Assembly: GCA_965222235.1 (NCBI GenBank)
Contig: OZ244939.1
Coordinates: 7,924 to 71,923, forward strand
Reading direction: 5' to 3'
DNA from: Minisyncoccota bacterium
GTDB taxonomy: Bacteria; Patescibacteriota; Minisyncoccia; Phycocordibacterales; JABAAK01
Length of the DNA stretch: 64,000 bases
This document shows positions 27,501 through 34,630 of this stretch, piece by piece. The position numbers were made by a program, and so were the translations under genes. The stretch's first letter is position 1. The number at the start of each line of letters is the position of its first letter. The notes under the pieces are model-generated. The model did no database searches. It was not told the DNA's origin and saw only the letters and a list, made by a program, of their open reading frames with translations.

Positions 27501-27506
27501 AGCTGA
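18582..27506 (+). CDS. Giant secreted surface protein of 2974 aa: an N-terminal domain paralogous to giant gene 1, an Ig-like domain, a tandem array of FG-GAP/integrin-alpha-like repeats, and multiple LamG/ConA-like lectin domains.
   Basis: Signal/anchor (VPLWIIAVLTVLLLTPAVVAA). The N-domain shares ...CTYTH... with gene 1. The Ig-like segment is SYRVTNLPPGFSFNAGTRMLTGAPTETGSTEVTYTATTVYG. FG-GAP-like blades are FGGSVSVDGNTAVVGAY...AGAAYVF and FGSSVAVAGNRILVGAP.DDDG..AGAVYI. LamG-like motifs are LLFDGIDDHLLFD and repeated WGN.N.L segments. Confidence 0.85.
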   Translation: MMCNFSIAQKYVIQWVPLWIIAVLTVLLLTPAVVAAPTLTWNAGTNTVTITGNNGLSLVCSSDDFRVGPHKESTGDVLFISEGREIDCTYTHPTTATTTHLFTASENHPGAHTSDIGSLTLVSNDTTALQNNIDAYIKNRTVANGIGFGTKSGVEHLMYSSVVGAQIDGITLSNLEGHRIDSVSGNTTFTVRITDNGVKGEDDSVLLIGFYNSGETSLDDDDDQLRSFEVFLEDDDIVPYFEHVYVTDHIYKLNRRIDPLELPEASGLVDSLLSYRVTNLPPGFSFNAGTRMLTGAPTETGSTEVTYTATTVYGAQSTSLTFTITIVPGAVFEDSIWWLRADSITNRNNNDSVTAWASQAVNLNLNREIFDGTILDVTITPSTAVHDTIFSGVSGSLVGSVDTIVTGSRGSGNTLQPTDSSSDFTLNTLNFSTGGSEDGVLFGNAQSGTRAFIDANRGKSAYIINNVGTYQLPFYESGNQNGRFGGSVSVDGNTAVVGAYTESPDGIPRAGAAYVFIHDGSTWSQQAKLTAGDKNIGDNFGISVDLDGDTVIIGSDLNDVGGVSNAGAAYVFTRDGSSWSQQARLKAGDGEPNDFFGHAVSLDGDTALIGAYGRNYDGVTDTGTAYIFTRNGSTWRRQAEVAAADRAANDYFGRSVSVDGSRALIGAYHEDPDDVINAGSAYVFSRSGGRIFKNAGIPLTGPLSLDIGDAFGHALAADEGRIVIGSRQDNDGNLNAGAVYVFEDTNTDGDYADIGEIFKISEISNTGSNLPLDASDGFGSSVAVAGDRILVGAWSDDDGSQGAGAVYILEDTNTDGDYADTNEVIKISETSNTGTNLPLDANDNFGSSVAFAGNRILVGAPSDDDGDPGAGAVYVFKDTNTDGDWADAGEVIKISQTFSAGTNLTLDENDGFGSSVAVVGNRILVGAPYDDDGTGNAGAVYILEDTNTDGDWADAGEIIKISEISNTGTNLPLDASDGFGSSVTVDGNRILVGAWNDDDGGADNGAVYILEDTNTDGDWADAGEIIKTSETSNTGTNLQLDANDGFGSSVAVDGGLIFVGAHTGDNFTGSVYILDDINNNGDYADTGEIVKIGDTSVIESNLQSLDVVDLFGSSVAVAGNRILVGAPHDDDGGVDSGAVYILEDTNTDGDYADTNEVIKISETSNTGTNLPLDTAGKFGSSVAVAGNRILVGATDDDDGGVDSGAVYILEDTNTDGDYADTNEIIKISETSNTGTNLPLDDYDNFGSSVAVDGNRILVGAPHDNDGSVNAGAVYILEDTNTDGDWADAGEIIKTSETSNTGTNLQLDANDGFGSSVAVDGNRILVGAPYDDDGSPTAGAVYILEDTNTDGDWADTNEIIKISEISNTGTNLQLDENDVFGTSVAVAGNRILVGAWSDDDGSPGAGAVYILEDTNTDGDRADAGEIIKISEISNTGTNLQLDANDYFGSSVAVAGNRILVGAPYDDDGSLHAGAVYILEDTNTDGDWADVGEIIKISDHSGGDYVPNTIQSIDTPASWSQITKLWAGDKATSDHFGGSVSLDGDTALIGAYHDNSGTDVDTGAAYVFTGSGSSWSQQAKLTASDADAHHYFGDSVSLDGDTALIGADFEYTGDLAGAGAAYVFTRSNSSWSQQAKLTADDRSSGDRFGRSVSLDGDVAFSGAYLEDPGNAVNAGSVYVFGRSNSSWSQQQKLTAANQSLKLYSGSISGCGCGSGTSFSVADTPVLNDIRQNRTQFRLIIADSGQVHAGSKEHTVTVPSTVSQRPRYLSDGINGSPAVLFDGIDDHLLFDIDEIKRGDQYTFFGLVRVETDTDEFFPIIGSDDSDENNELFFGFEDIFTAGETPKLLFSQNLGASVGSLPLTVNAFEDNDSDINPSIVLFEHDMAGIMSRLQEIRDGETSEETDTTTILEDLDGSFQDYIGRHGNYYAKMRLGDLFVYDTDLLGAQEEQLETYIAMKYGLTLSDISRYINSDGAILYDGSEESSAYKYNITGIGEDEVSGIEIESAISREDGARLTISNPDSLDHGDFLLWGNNNALPTAFGVDIVIQNISTHLRRVWKTRETGDVGTVTVSYDASGVITPARLTLDDVVLLIGEDATFLESSYHHPDSVSGGVITYTDINFSGIKYITFALERSSNVGLGGVFAGLRLWLDADDESTLHTDTACTSGVPADDGTVQCWEDKSGFGSHVTLPLSCHNGASCGAPQLLQNDFMGDTNTLWFKRDERDTLQHVLSDWWLAESMTFFIVMRQVTSPGSYWAFFSNGDVNNSDFFQMDVLSSSDGDHYQLRGLAPFPIPYDVIDYEENVYAFVAVGNEYVTLYSDGMSADRYIFDPPRFYGRHFEAYRVNLNRFGNQHNNSEISEIIIYDEDIGICNLKEVFGYLSSKYASSLRSGIPGNVDCRHVVLWHEVEGSSEVESDTVAALIDQGPLEYHIGQATAANRPAFLNNEINRFDAMSFDGTDDVLAAAQSDFTFGTNERHYFFSLDYDDDDDGTFMHHGSVGTGTEVNLGFNDNHIFVDLGGQTVAVSNTLTTGVHFLRYSYYDNDEKSGWYISVDGEAEVKADTTSGSEVTVNTSTSSLTLGRNIDSSDYFDGVIAEMMLLATNPPRQVLHTINTYFAMKNGVTINSGQDYVDSNNTVLYQTGGGYAGFLHDIAGFGSDNEQNIIMFSSGSSSDDAIVRVEASDVNEVNNHEFLFWGNDNGLLQETTANLPPTVTSRIERTWRFKKTGDVGNVSLMFDLSDFNSQVVTPNDITLIIDSNDDFTSGATFVTASGFVNGVARFDNVSLDDGNYVSISIDLSELLVDIVDSTGNSLNAPSVVFDSVPFNGVPSTVLTTFGSENLNVYVENDTADTAWTLSIAAEVPSAVWQGVTHSFDFNDSLGVVDGSDTDTVGGQMTINPSRGLITASDGCTTDAITLGTSANFSEGVTDSIVIAAAAATAATNCKWSITGMSVEQIIPAGQPADEYTLNLVLSVTAS
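20788..23070 (+). repeat. Array of about 11 near-identical 201-nt (67-aa) tandem repeats encoding FG-GAP-like units inside giant gene 2.
   Basis: The recurring unit is ggtgcggtatatatcctggaggacacaaataccgacggcgactgggctgatgccggggagattatcaaaatcag...ggcaaccggatactggtcggtgc. The protein unit is AGAVYILEDTNTDGDWADAGEIIKISETSNTGTNLPLDANDGFGSSVAVAGNRILVGAPYDDDGS. Confidence 0.9.
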
Positions 27507-27560
27507 CGAAAACGATATATCCTGTTGTTCTTTGGTGATATGTGCGGGGTATGATATATT

Positions 27561-30263
27561 ATGTATATGGCATCGTTTCAACGATTCACCGCGCGGGCGC
27601 AGGAAGCCTTTCAGATGGCCCACGGATATGCGGTTGAGTACGGTCATCAGAATATCAGCCCCGCCCATCTCTTTGCCGCGCTGCTCGGACAGGAGGACGG
27701 ACTGGTACAGCCGATCCTGCAGAAAATCGGACTTGATCCGTATGCGCTGCATAACCAGACCATAGCGCTGCTGGAATCCCGCGCCTCCATGTTTGATGTG
27801 GAGGGCATGCCCGCCGCGGATGTATACCCGACGCCCGAGCTGGAGGTCGTACTCACGCATTCCGGAAAAATTGCGAAAGCGATGGAGGAGAAGCATATCT
27901 CAACCGAACATCTGTTTCTCGCCATACTGGAAAAGCCGGGCGGTCTCCGTTCCCTCATCATGACTCACGGGCTGAGCTCCAAGGAGGTGTACAACACACT
28001 CATTGAGCTCCGCAAGACCGAACAAAAAGAAGGTATTTCCAGGAAAGCAAAGAGCCTGGAGAAGTACGGGCGGAACCTCACGCAGCTTGCCCGGGAAAAT
28101 GCGCTTGATCCCGTTATCGGACGGGACGAGGAAACAAATCGGGTCATACAGATTCTTTCCCGCCGCACCAAGAACAACCCGATTCTCATCGGCGAAGCCG
28201 GAACAGGGAAAACGGCGATTGGCGAGGGACTCGCGCAGCGCATTGTTTCCGGCGATGTGCCCGAATCTATGCGCGGCAAAGAGCTCTACAGTATGGATAT
28301 CGTTTCCATGCTCGCCGGCACCAAATTCCGCGGCGAGTTTGAGGACCGTCTGAAACGGGTTATGAAAGAAGTTGAAGACGCGAACAGCATGTATATTCTG
28401 TTTGTTGACGAGATTCACTCATTGGTCGGCACCGGCAATGCCGAGGGAACGATGGATGCCGCGAATATCCTGAAGCCGTCGCTTGCCCGGGGAAAAATGC
28501 GGATGATAGGGGCGACAACGTTGAAGGAATATCAGCAGCATATTGAAAAGGACGGTGCGCTTACCAGGCGGTTTCAGCCGGTGTATGTTTCAGAACCGTC
28601 CATTGAGGACACGGTCTCCATACTTCGCGGTCTGCGTGAGCGGTATGAACTCTACCACGGCGTTCGCATCACCGATGCGGCTCTGGTTGCCGCCGCCCAT
28701 TTAAGCAGCCGGTATATTACCGAACGGTTTCTGCCCGACAAGGCCATTGATCTGATTGACGAAGCCGCTTCGCTGGTGAGAGTTTCACTGGAGAATAAGC
28801 CGGCCGAACTTGACACAGCACACCGGAAAATTATGCAGCGGGAGATTGAGCTTGAAGCGGTGCGGAAAGATTATGAAAACAGTCCTGACAGCGCAATAAA
28901 GGAGCGCATATTGTCGCTTGAGAAGGAGATTTCGGATATGAAAGAGGGGAGCAGGGAGCTGGAAGTGCGGTGGAAAAATGAAAAGGAGACGATTGAGAAC
29001 ATTAAAAATCTGCAGAAAGATCTTGAGCGAAAACGGTATCAGGGCGAAGAAGCGGAAAGCAGGGCCGACTTCACGAAAGCCGCTGAAATCCGGTACAAAG
29101 AAATACCGGTCATTGAGGAGAAATTTCAAAAAGAACAGAGGCGCCTGAAACGTCTGCAGAAGACAAGGAAAATACTTCGCGAGGAAATTATTGAAGAAGA
29201 CATTGCCAAGGTCATCGCTAAATGGACCGGCATTCCCGCGATGCGTATGCTTGAGAGCGAGGTGCAGAAGCTCGGCAGAATGGATCAGGAACTGAAAAAG
29301 CAGATTGTCGGACAGGATGAGTCCATTCAGAAGATCGTCACGGCAATTAAGCGGTCGCGGGCGGGTATCGCCAATCCGGAGCGGCCTATAGGATCATTCC
29401 TGTTTCTCGGTCCGACCGGTGTCGGCAAAACCGAGCTGGCAAAACAGCTGGCGCAGTATATGTTTGACGATGAACAGGCCCTGATACGTTTTGACATGTC
29501 CGAATACATGGAGCGGCATACCGTTTCAAAACTCATCGGCGCGCCTCCCGGCTATGTTGGGTATGAAGAGGCGGGAAAGCTGACCGAGGCAATCCGGCAC
29601 CGTCCGTACTCCATTGTTCTGTTTGACGAGGTTGAAAAAGCACACCCCGATGTCTTTAATGTGCTGCTGCAGGTGCTTGACGACGGTCGGCTTACGGACA
29701 GCAAAGGACGGCTGGTGAATTTTAAGAACACGATTGTCATTCTGACTTCAAATATCGGGTCCGACCAGTTGATGCATATGCGGCAGATAGGGTTCGGTGA
29801 AACACTCAAGAAATCGGAAGAAAGGGAAAAATACTACGGCGAAGTACGGGACAAGGTTACCAATGAACTGCAGAAAACATTCAGACCCGAATTTCTTAAC
29901 CGTCTTGATGAGATTATTGTGTTCAAGCCGCTTGATCAGCAGAGTATTCGGCGCATCACCTCCCTTCTCATCAATGAATCGGTCGAACAGCTTGCGGACC
30001 GGGGGATATCGGTGACGGTTGACAGAAAGGTGCTGGAGAAAATCGGCAGAGACGGATATGACGCTACATACGGCGCAAGACCGCTCCGGAGAAAGATTCA
30101 GACTGAGATACTTAACCCGCTTGCCAATGCGATCATTGAAGGAAGCATACGGGAAGGTTCCACGGTTACTATATCCGTTAAAGACGGCGTGTATACGTTT
30201 AATACCGCAAAAAAACGGGCGCGGAAGAGCGGTATCAAAAAGAAAGAACAGGTGGCGGTATAG
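27561..30263 (+). CDS. clpB: ATP-dependent chaperone ClpB (Hsp100/Clp ATPase with M-domain).
   Basis: Clp N-domain; the first Walker A is [18 protein letters not shown]; a long coiled-coil M-domain of about 120 aa lies between the AAA modules; the second Walker A is [12 protein letters not shown]; the sensor/arginine region is SNIGS. The protein is 900 aa. Confidence 0.95.
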   Translation: MYMASFQRFTARAQEAFQMAHGYAVEYGHQNISPAHLFAALLGQEDGLVQPILQKIGLDPYALHNQTIALLESRASMFDVEGMPAADVYPTPELEVVLTHSGKIAKAMEEKHISTEHLFLAILEKPGGLRSLIMTHGLSSKEVYNTLIELRKTEQKEGISRKAKSLEKYGRNLTQLARENALDPVIGRDEETNRVIQILSRRTKNNPILIGEAGTGKTAIGEGLAQRIVSGDVPESMRGKELYSMDIVSMLAGTKFRGEFEDRLKRVMKEVEDANSMYILFVDEIHSLVGTGNAEGTMDAANILKPSLARGKMRMIGATTLKEYQQHIEKDGALTRRFQPVYVSEPSIEDTVSILRGLRERYELYHGVRITDAALVAAAHLSSRYITERFLPDKAIDLIDEAASLVRVSLENKPAELDTAHRKIMQREIELEAVRKDYENSPDSAIKERILSLEKEISDMKEGSRELEVRWKNEKETIENIKNLQKDLERKRYQGEEAESRADFTKAAEIRYKEIPVIEEKFQKEQRRLKRLQKTRKILREEIIEEDIAKVIAKWTGIPAMRMLESEVQKLGRMDQELKKQIVGQDESIQKIVTAIKRSRAGIANPERPIGSFLFLGPTGVGKTELAKQLAQYMFDDEQALIRFDMSEYMERHTVSKLIGAPPGYVGYEEAGKLTEAIRHRPYSIVLFDEVEKAHPDVFNVLLQVLDDGRLTDSKGRLVNFKNTIVILTSNIGSDQLMHMRQIGFGETLKKSEEREKYYGEVRDKVTNELQKTFRPEFLNRLDEIIVFKPLDQQSIRRITSLLINESVEQLADRGISVTVDRKVLEKIGRDGYDATYGARPLRRKIQTEILNPLANAIIEGSIREGSTVTISVKDGVYTFNTAKKRARKSGIKKKEQVAV

Positions 30264-30348
30264 ACGAAATATTTTTTTTATTGTATAATTATAACCGGAA
30301 GCGGGGGAGATTCATAATCTCCCGCATGTTCAGCTCGGCTCACTGCGT

Positions 30349-30960
30349 GTGCCGAATACCACGAAAAGGAGCAGGGAAATGAAATGTTTTTTATTCTTTC
30401 GTGGAGAAATTCACGAAGGGCTACCCGTTCATCCGGACAAGGGTCTCGGTCTGGTGCTGCTGCTCGGTGAAGCCGGGCACGGGAATAGCCTTGAGAAAAT
30501 TCCGTTACTGAAAAAAGATCCTCCGCGGATTGAGGGCGGTAGGGTGTGCCACGCCCGTCCCGTTGTGTGCACATATCGCGGGGCCAACAGCGGACTGTCC
30601 TTCATTGCGCTTGCGAAGCCGAACAGGCCGAAAGACAGGAGAATACTGATTCGTGTCAATGCGGACTGGGTGTTTCCTCCGGGATCGGTCGGTGTATGCG
30701 GCGGTGAGCGCGGTCTCCCGAAAAAAATCATAGCGGGTTACGGATCTCGCCATTCCGCGGACTGCCTGAGCAGGTGGTACGATGAGTTGATAATTATGTC
30801 CCCGGGTGATGTGCTTTGGATTGGGGCGAGCGGTTATATGGACGGCATGCTTGCTCTTGTCTATTCCGCCGAGGACGGTTCTGTCTCGTGTCTCCCGTAC
30901 AAGGAATACATGATTCAGAATGTTGCCGCACCTGATGACATGGATATCAGAGATCTCTGA
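30349..30960 (+). CDS. Hypothetical protein (alternative start at 30379).
   Basis: ORF with host-like GC and no recognisable motifs. It is preceded by a strong hairpin at 30301-30325 (gcgggggagatt-cat-aatctcccgc). Confidence 0.4.
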   Translation: MPNTTKRSREMKCFLFFRGEIHEGLPVHPDKGLGLVLLLGEAGHGNSLEKIPLLKKDPPRIEGGRVCHARPVVCTYRGANSGLSFIALAKPNRPKDRRILIRVNADWVFPPGSVGVCGGERGLPKKIIAGYGSRHSADCLSRWYDELIIMSPGDVLWIGASGYMDGMLALVYSAEDGSVSCLPYKEYMIQNVAAPDDMDIRDL

Positions 30961-31179
30961 TACATTTACACCAGTTATGGAGGCACTGGTTTATCAAAAA
31001 CTCCTCTCTCGCACCTTATGGCCGGGTTGCCTGATGAGTCCATGGCAGGACGAAAGAGATATATGTTGACACACTTCCGCAACATAGCATCTGAACCCAA
31101 AATTTTGTAAAAATTCACGAAAGGGACCGAATATTGCATATTAAAACTAAGTGATATTGATGGTATACTATGCGTAGTT

Positions 31180-32118
31180 ATGAAAACGCTAACTAAGTCC
31201 AGAAATAAAACATTGCACTTAGATGAGAGCGACATGAATTTTCTGGAGAAATATGTCACTTCTATTAGTAAAAAATCTTTATTAACGGACATAGAGAACA
31301 AAATAGTATATCAGGATACTTTTGCCGCACTTGGTTTTTTACCCGATGATTTTGTCAATCTTGTATTTGCTGATCCACCGTATAATATAGATAAAAAGTT
31401 TAATGATGTGGCGTTTAGGAAGATGGATATACGGTCGTATGAAGAATACACGGAACAATGGGTCTCTAAACTAAAAAGAAAACTAACTAAAAATGCTTCG
31501 CTGTATGTTTGTGGTGATTGGCGCTCAAGTACCGCTTTATATAATGTTTTGAGTAAATATTTCATCGTTAGAAACAGGATAACTTTTGAAAGGGAAAAAG
31601 GAAGAGGCGCAAAAACAAATTACAAAAATTGTTCCGAAGATATATTTTTTTGTACAAACTCCAATCACTATGCTTTTAATGTGGACACTATAAAGTTGAG
31701 AAAAAAGGTGGTTGCACCGTATAAAGAAAACGGAAAACCGAAAGATTGGGAATTCGGCTTTGGCGGTATCGGTTACAGAGACACCCATCCTTCCAATATT
31801 TGGACTGACATAACAATTCCGTTTTGGTCTATGAAAGAAAACACGGAGCATCCGACTCAAAAACCGGAAAAATTATTAGCAAAGATAATTTTAGCAAGCT
31901 CAAACAAGAATGATATGGTTCTTGATCCTTTCCTCGGATCAGGAACAACTTCCGTTGTCGCATCAAAGTTGGGAAGACGGTACATTGGTATTGAGGTTGA
32001 TAAAAGATATTGTTTGATTGCACAAAAAAGGTTGCAAGAGGCGGAGAAAGATAAAAATATACAGGGGTATGTTGACGGTGTTTTTTGGGAACGAAATGCA
32101 TTTAATAAGAGTGTATGA
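31180..32118 (+). CDS. DNA methyltransferase, beta-class, probably N6-adenine (N4/N6 methylase family).
   Basis: Motif IV LVFADPPYN (DPPY) lies N-terminal to motif I VLDPFLGSGTTSVVA. The gene is AT-rich, about 33% GC by eye, unlike its neighbours. Confidence 0.85.
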   Translation: MKTLTKSRNKTLHLDESDMNFLEKYVTSISKKSLLTDIENKIVYQDTFAALGFLPDDFVNLVFADPPYNIDKKFNDVAFRKMDIRSYEEYTEQWVSKLKRKLTKNASLYVCGDWRSSTALYNVLSKYFIVRNRITFEREKGRGAKTNYKNCSEDIFFCTNSNHYAFNVDTIKLRKKVVAPYKENGKPKDWEFGFGGIGYRDTHPSNIWTDITIPFWSMKENTEHPTQKPEKLLAKIILASSNKNDMVLDPFLGSGTTSVVASKLGRRYIGIEVDKRYCLIAQKRLQEAEKDKNIQGYVDGVFWERNAFNKSV

Positions 32119-32308
32119 CGAAGAATATTTTTACGAAAAAATAGCAAATTCAAATATAATTGAGATTATAGAAAATCAATCAAGAAAAAGGTGGATGTTA
32201 GAGATGTGTGATAATCTCATTGAATTTTATCCGAAAGAAATAGAAAAAATTGGGGCACGGATTGAATATTTTAAGAAGGTGAGAAAATCATGGGAAAAAA
32301 GAAAATAG
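32096..32308 (+). CDS. Small hypothetical protein of 70 aa, translationally coupled to the methyltransferase.
   Basis: The ATG at 32096 overlaps the MTase 3' end by 23 nt. The protein is MHLIRVYDEEYFYEKIANSNIIEIIENQSRKRWMLEMCDNLIEFYPKEIEKIGARIEYFKKVRKSWEKRK, with the same low GC as the MTase. Confidence 0.35.
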   Translation: MHLIRVYDEEYFYEKIANSNIIEIIENQSRKRWMLEMCDNLIEFYPKEIEKIGARIEYFKKVRKSWEKRK

Positions 32309-32605
32309 AAAGAAATATTTTCAATAAAGGCAGGACTTGAATTTTTTGAGGAAATCCGCCGTTTCCGCAAAAATAATATAAGTGGAAAAGCGGAGCGCAC
32401 GGAGGAACGACGACGAGCCTGCTGAACGGGCGGATTTTTTCAGAGAAGTTGATTTGAACCGCACTTTACACCACACCAATATTCATTTTAGGCTGAAAGA
32501 TGCGCGGAAAGTCCTTTATGACGAACTGGCAGGCAGCCCGCACACAAAAACGTGCTCGTACATATAATACGAACACATTCACCAATACTTTTATTTCCTG
32601 TTCAG

Positions 32606-32688
32606 TGCGCCGGGCAGGATTCGAACCTGCGTAGCCTTTCGGCGACGGATTTACAGTCCGTTGCAATTGACCACTCTGCCACCGACGC
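32606..32688 (-). tRNA. tRNA-Tyr (anticodon GTA) with a long variable arm.
   Basis: The reverse complement folds as a cloverleaf. The acceptor is GCGTCGG/CCGGCGC. The D-arm is GCAG-AGTGGTCAA-TTGC. The anticodon stem is ACGGA/TCCGT with loop CTGTAAA (GTA). The long variable arm is CGCCGAAAGGCTAC. The T-arm is GCAGG-TTCGAAT-CCTGC. The discriminator is A and no CCA is encoded. Confidence 0.85.
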
Positions 32689-32747
32689 AGCAGGGAGAGT
32701 ATACCATATATTGTTTGTATTCAGGAAATGTATTGTAGAATGTCGGT

Positions 32748-33749
32748 ATGGGTATACAGATACGAAAATCGGTTTATGCGTTGGCAGTGGTGGTTATTCT
32801 TTTTTTCGCCGTCGCCATTTCTGATGTGTCGGTAGCACAGACGACCGTTCCGGGACCGGGCAGCCTTATCGTTGACTGTAGTTTCGGAGAAGGAGAGGAT
32901 TGCGGTATCAAACATCTGTTTACGCTGACTGAGCGTATTCTGGATGTATTAATTTGGCTTGCCGGCATTCTTTTTGCATTGGTGATGCTCCGGATTGGCG
33001 TTGTTTTTGCGCTGAATGCGTTTCTTCCCGGAGAGTATCAGTCGGCGATAAATAAATCCAAAGCAGCGTTTCAAGGCATTCTTCTCGGATTATTTCTGGT
33101 GTTGGGCGCCTGGTTGATTGTCAAGGCGGTATTCACCCTGTTCGGCTACAAAGGGGACCCGTTCAATGCGCCGGTACAGCCTACTACCCCACCACCACCA
33201 TCTACCACCACCCCACCACCATCTACCACCACCCCACCACCTCCGCCATCTCCGGACGGGTGCAGTAGTTGTGTGTCGCTGGCAGACAGCGGCCTGCGGC
33301 ATAAGCCGAGCGGCGATTCGGGAGATGTTGCCAGCGGCTGCAGCAGCGGCACGGACGGCCAGTGCTATATCAATCAGGAACTGTACGAACGGCTCGTTAA
33401 ACTTAACGAAGACAGCGAAGATGGGACGCCGCATCCGTGGAGAATCACCGAATCATGGCCGCCGACAACGGGACATGCAAACACCTGTCACCAGGACGGT
33501 ACCTGTGTTGATGTCGGGTTTTTTTATGCAACCGAGCATAGGCCTCCTGCTACCGGAAAACAGGTTTACGACTTCATTGTCGCTGCGCGTTCTGAGGGAC
33601 TTACGGCGGAATATGAGGTTCCGAACGAACAGGAACGGAGCAGATTAATTCGAGAGAATCCGTCACTGCAGGGCCTACACAGAGGCATCATAATTGTTCG
33701 GGAGGTCACTCCTCATTTTTCCGTGTACAGGACTGAGGATCGGGAGTGA
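32748..33749 (+). CDS. Membrane protein with N-terminal transmembrane helices, a Pro/Thr-rich linker and a Cys-containing C-terminal domain (possible LAS/M15-like metallopeptidase motif).
   Basis: Signal-like N-terminus plus two hydrophobic helices (LIWLAGILFALVMLRIGVVFAL and ILLGLFLVLGAWLIVKAVF). A PTTPPPPSTTTPPPSTTTPPPPPSP linker follows. The C-terminal domain carries TGHANTCHQDGTCVDV, resembling the SxHxxGxAxD motif of VanY/M15 D,D-peptidases, though the match is weak. Confidence 0.5.
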   Translation: MGIQIRKSVYALAVVVILFFAVAISDVSVAQTTVPGPGSLIVDCSFGEGEDCGIKHLFTLTERILDVLIWLAGILFALVMLRIGVVFALNAFLPGEYQSAINKSKAAFQGILLGLFLVLGAWLIVKAVFTLFGYKGDPFNAPVQPTTPPPPSTTTPPPSTTTPPPPPSPDGCSSCVSLADSGLRHKPSGDSGDVASGCSSGTDGQCYINQELYERLVKLNEDSEDGTPHPWRITESWPPTTGHANTCHQDGTCVDVGFFYATEHRPPATGKQVYDFIVAARSEGLTAEYEVPNEQERSRLIRENPSLQGLHRGIIIVREVTPHFSVYRTEDRE

Positions 33750-33812
33750 AGATTGTATGAGATAGGTATATCGGTCTGGTGCGCCTCCATGTTTCGTGCT
33801 ACACTGGCACAT

Positions 33813-33971
33813 ATGTCACAAGATCATGTAATACGAATGAAGTGTGCAGAGACAGGGGATATGCACTATGTAACGCGGAAAAACAGGAAAAAAAACCCTG
33901 ACGCACTGGTGTTGAAGAAATATAACCCGAGGCTCAAAAAGCACACAGAATATAAAGAATCAAAGAAATAG
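33813..33971 (+). CDS. rpmG: 50S ribosomal protein L33 (bL33).
   Basis: MSQDHVIRMKCAETGDMHYVTRKNRKKNPDALVLKKYNPRLKKHTEYKE matches the L33 consensus (KLVSSAGTGHFYTTTKNKR...LELKKFDPVVRQHVIYKE). The start was chosen at the internal ATG at 33813 of the longer track ORF. Confidence 0.85.
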   Translation: MSQDHVIRMKCAETGDMHYVTRKNRKKNPDALVLKKYNPRLKKHTEYKESKK

Positions 33972-33972
33972 T

Positions 33973-34617
33973 ATGGATCTTACGTTTACAAAGAGAAATG
34001 TATTCGGTCGGAAAGTTTTCCTGCTGCGCAGCGAGGGTCAGACGCCCGTTGTCTGTTACAGTGACGGCAGTGAGGCGGAGTCATACAGTGTTAGTACAAA
34101 ATCACTAAAAAAAATCCTTTCCACCGAACAGGTGGTAATCACAGCTGACGGCGATCTGTCGGGAAAACAGGTCATGCTGCAGGATATTGCTGTTGACCCC
34201 CTTTCAGGCACGCCGATTCATGCGGATTTTCTTTTTGTGGACACGAAGCACGAAGTTGAGCACGAAGTTCCGGTTTATATAATCGGTGAAGCTCCCAGTG
34301 TAAAAAAGCAGGACGGACAGATGATTGTTACCCTTGATAAAGTGACTATTCGTGCGCTGCCGCAGGATATACCCGGGCATGTGGATGCCGATGTCAGCTC
34401 TTTGGAACATATCGGTGCGCATCTCACCGCCGCTGATTTGCCGCTCCCCGCCAGTGTTATACTGGTGACAAATCCTCAGGAGATCGTAGTATCAATTGTT
34501 GAGCAATCTCAGGAGGAGGAAAAAGAAACGACCGATGAAACATATATGGACACTATTGAAGTTGCCGGCAAAAAGGAGAAGAAACAGGAAGTTTCCGAGG
34601 ACAGCGACAGTTCATAG
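33973..34617 (+). CDS. rplY: 50S ribosomal protein L25 / general stress protein Ctc (bL25).
   Basis: The C-terminal region IPGHVDADVSSLEHIGAHLTAADLPLPASVIL is typical of the L25/Ctc beta-barrel domain, and an acidic C-terminal tail follows. Confidence 0.75.
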   Translation: MDLTFTKRNVFGRKVFLLRSEGQTPVVCYSDGSEAESYSVSTKSLKKILSTEQVVITADGDLSGKQVMLQDIAVDPLSGTPIHADFLFVDTKHEVEHEVPVYIIGEAPSVKKQDGQMIVTLDKVTIRALPQDIPGHVDADVSSLEHIGAHLTAADLPLPASVILVTNPQEIVVSIVEQSQEEEKETTDETYMDTIEVAGKKEKKQEVSEDSDSS

Positions 34618-34630
34618 CGCCATATATCGT

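Noticed and set aside
27069-27896. 275-aa minus-strand ORF spanning the end of giant gene 2 and the start of clpB.
   Set aside because: It overlaps two well-supported plus-strand genes and the intergenic promoter region, and has no motifs. It is spurious.
32552-32824. 90-aa plus-strand ORF overlapping the tRNA-Tyr locus (and the 32466..32666- ORF).
   Set aside because: The sequence is a tRNA gene. The true plus-strand protein, 32748..33749, starts downstream in another frame.
34496-34630. N-terminal 45 codons of the 595-aa track ORF (MLSNLRRRKKKRPMKHIW...).
   Set aside because: This part overlaps the 3' end of rplY by about 120 nt. The internal Met at 34631 is followed by a typical signal peptide, so the upstream extension is probably not translated.
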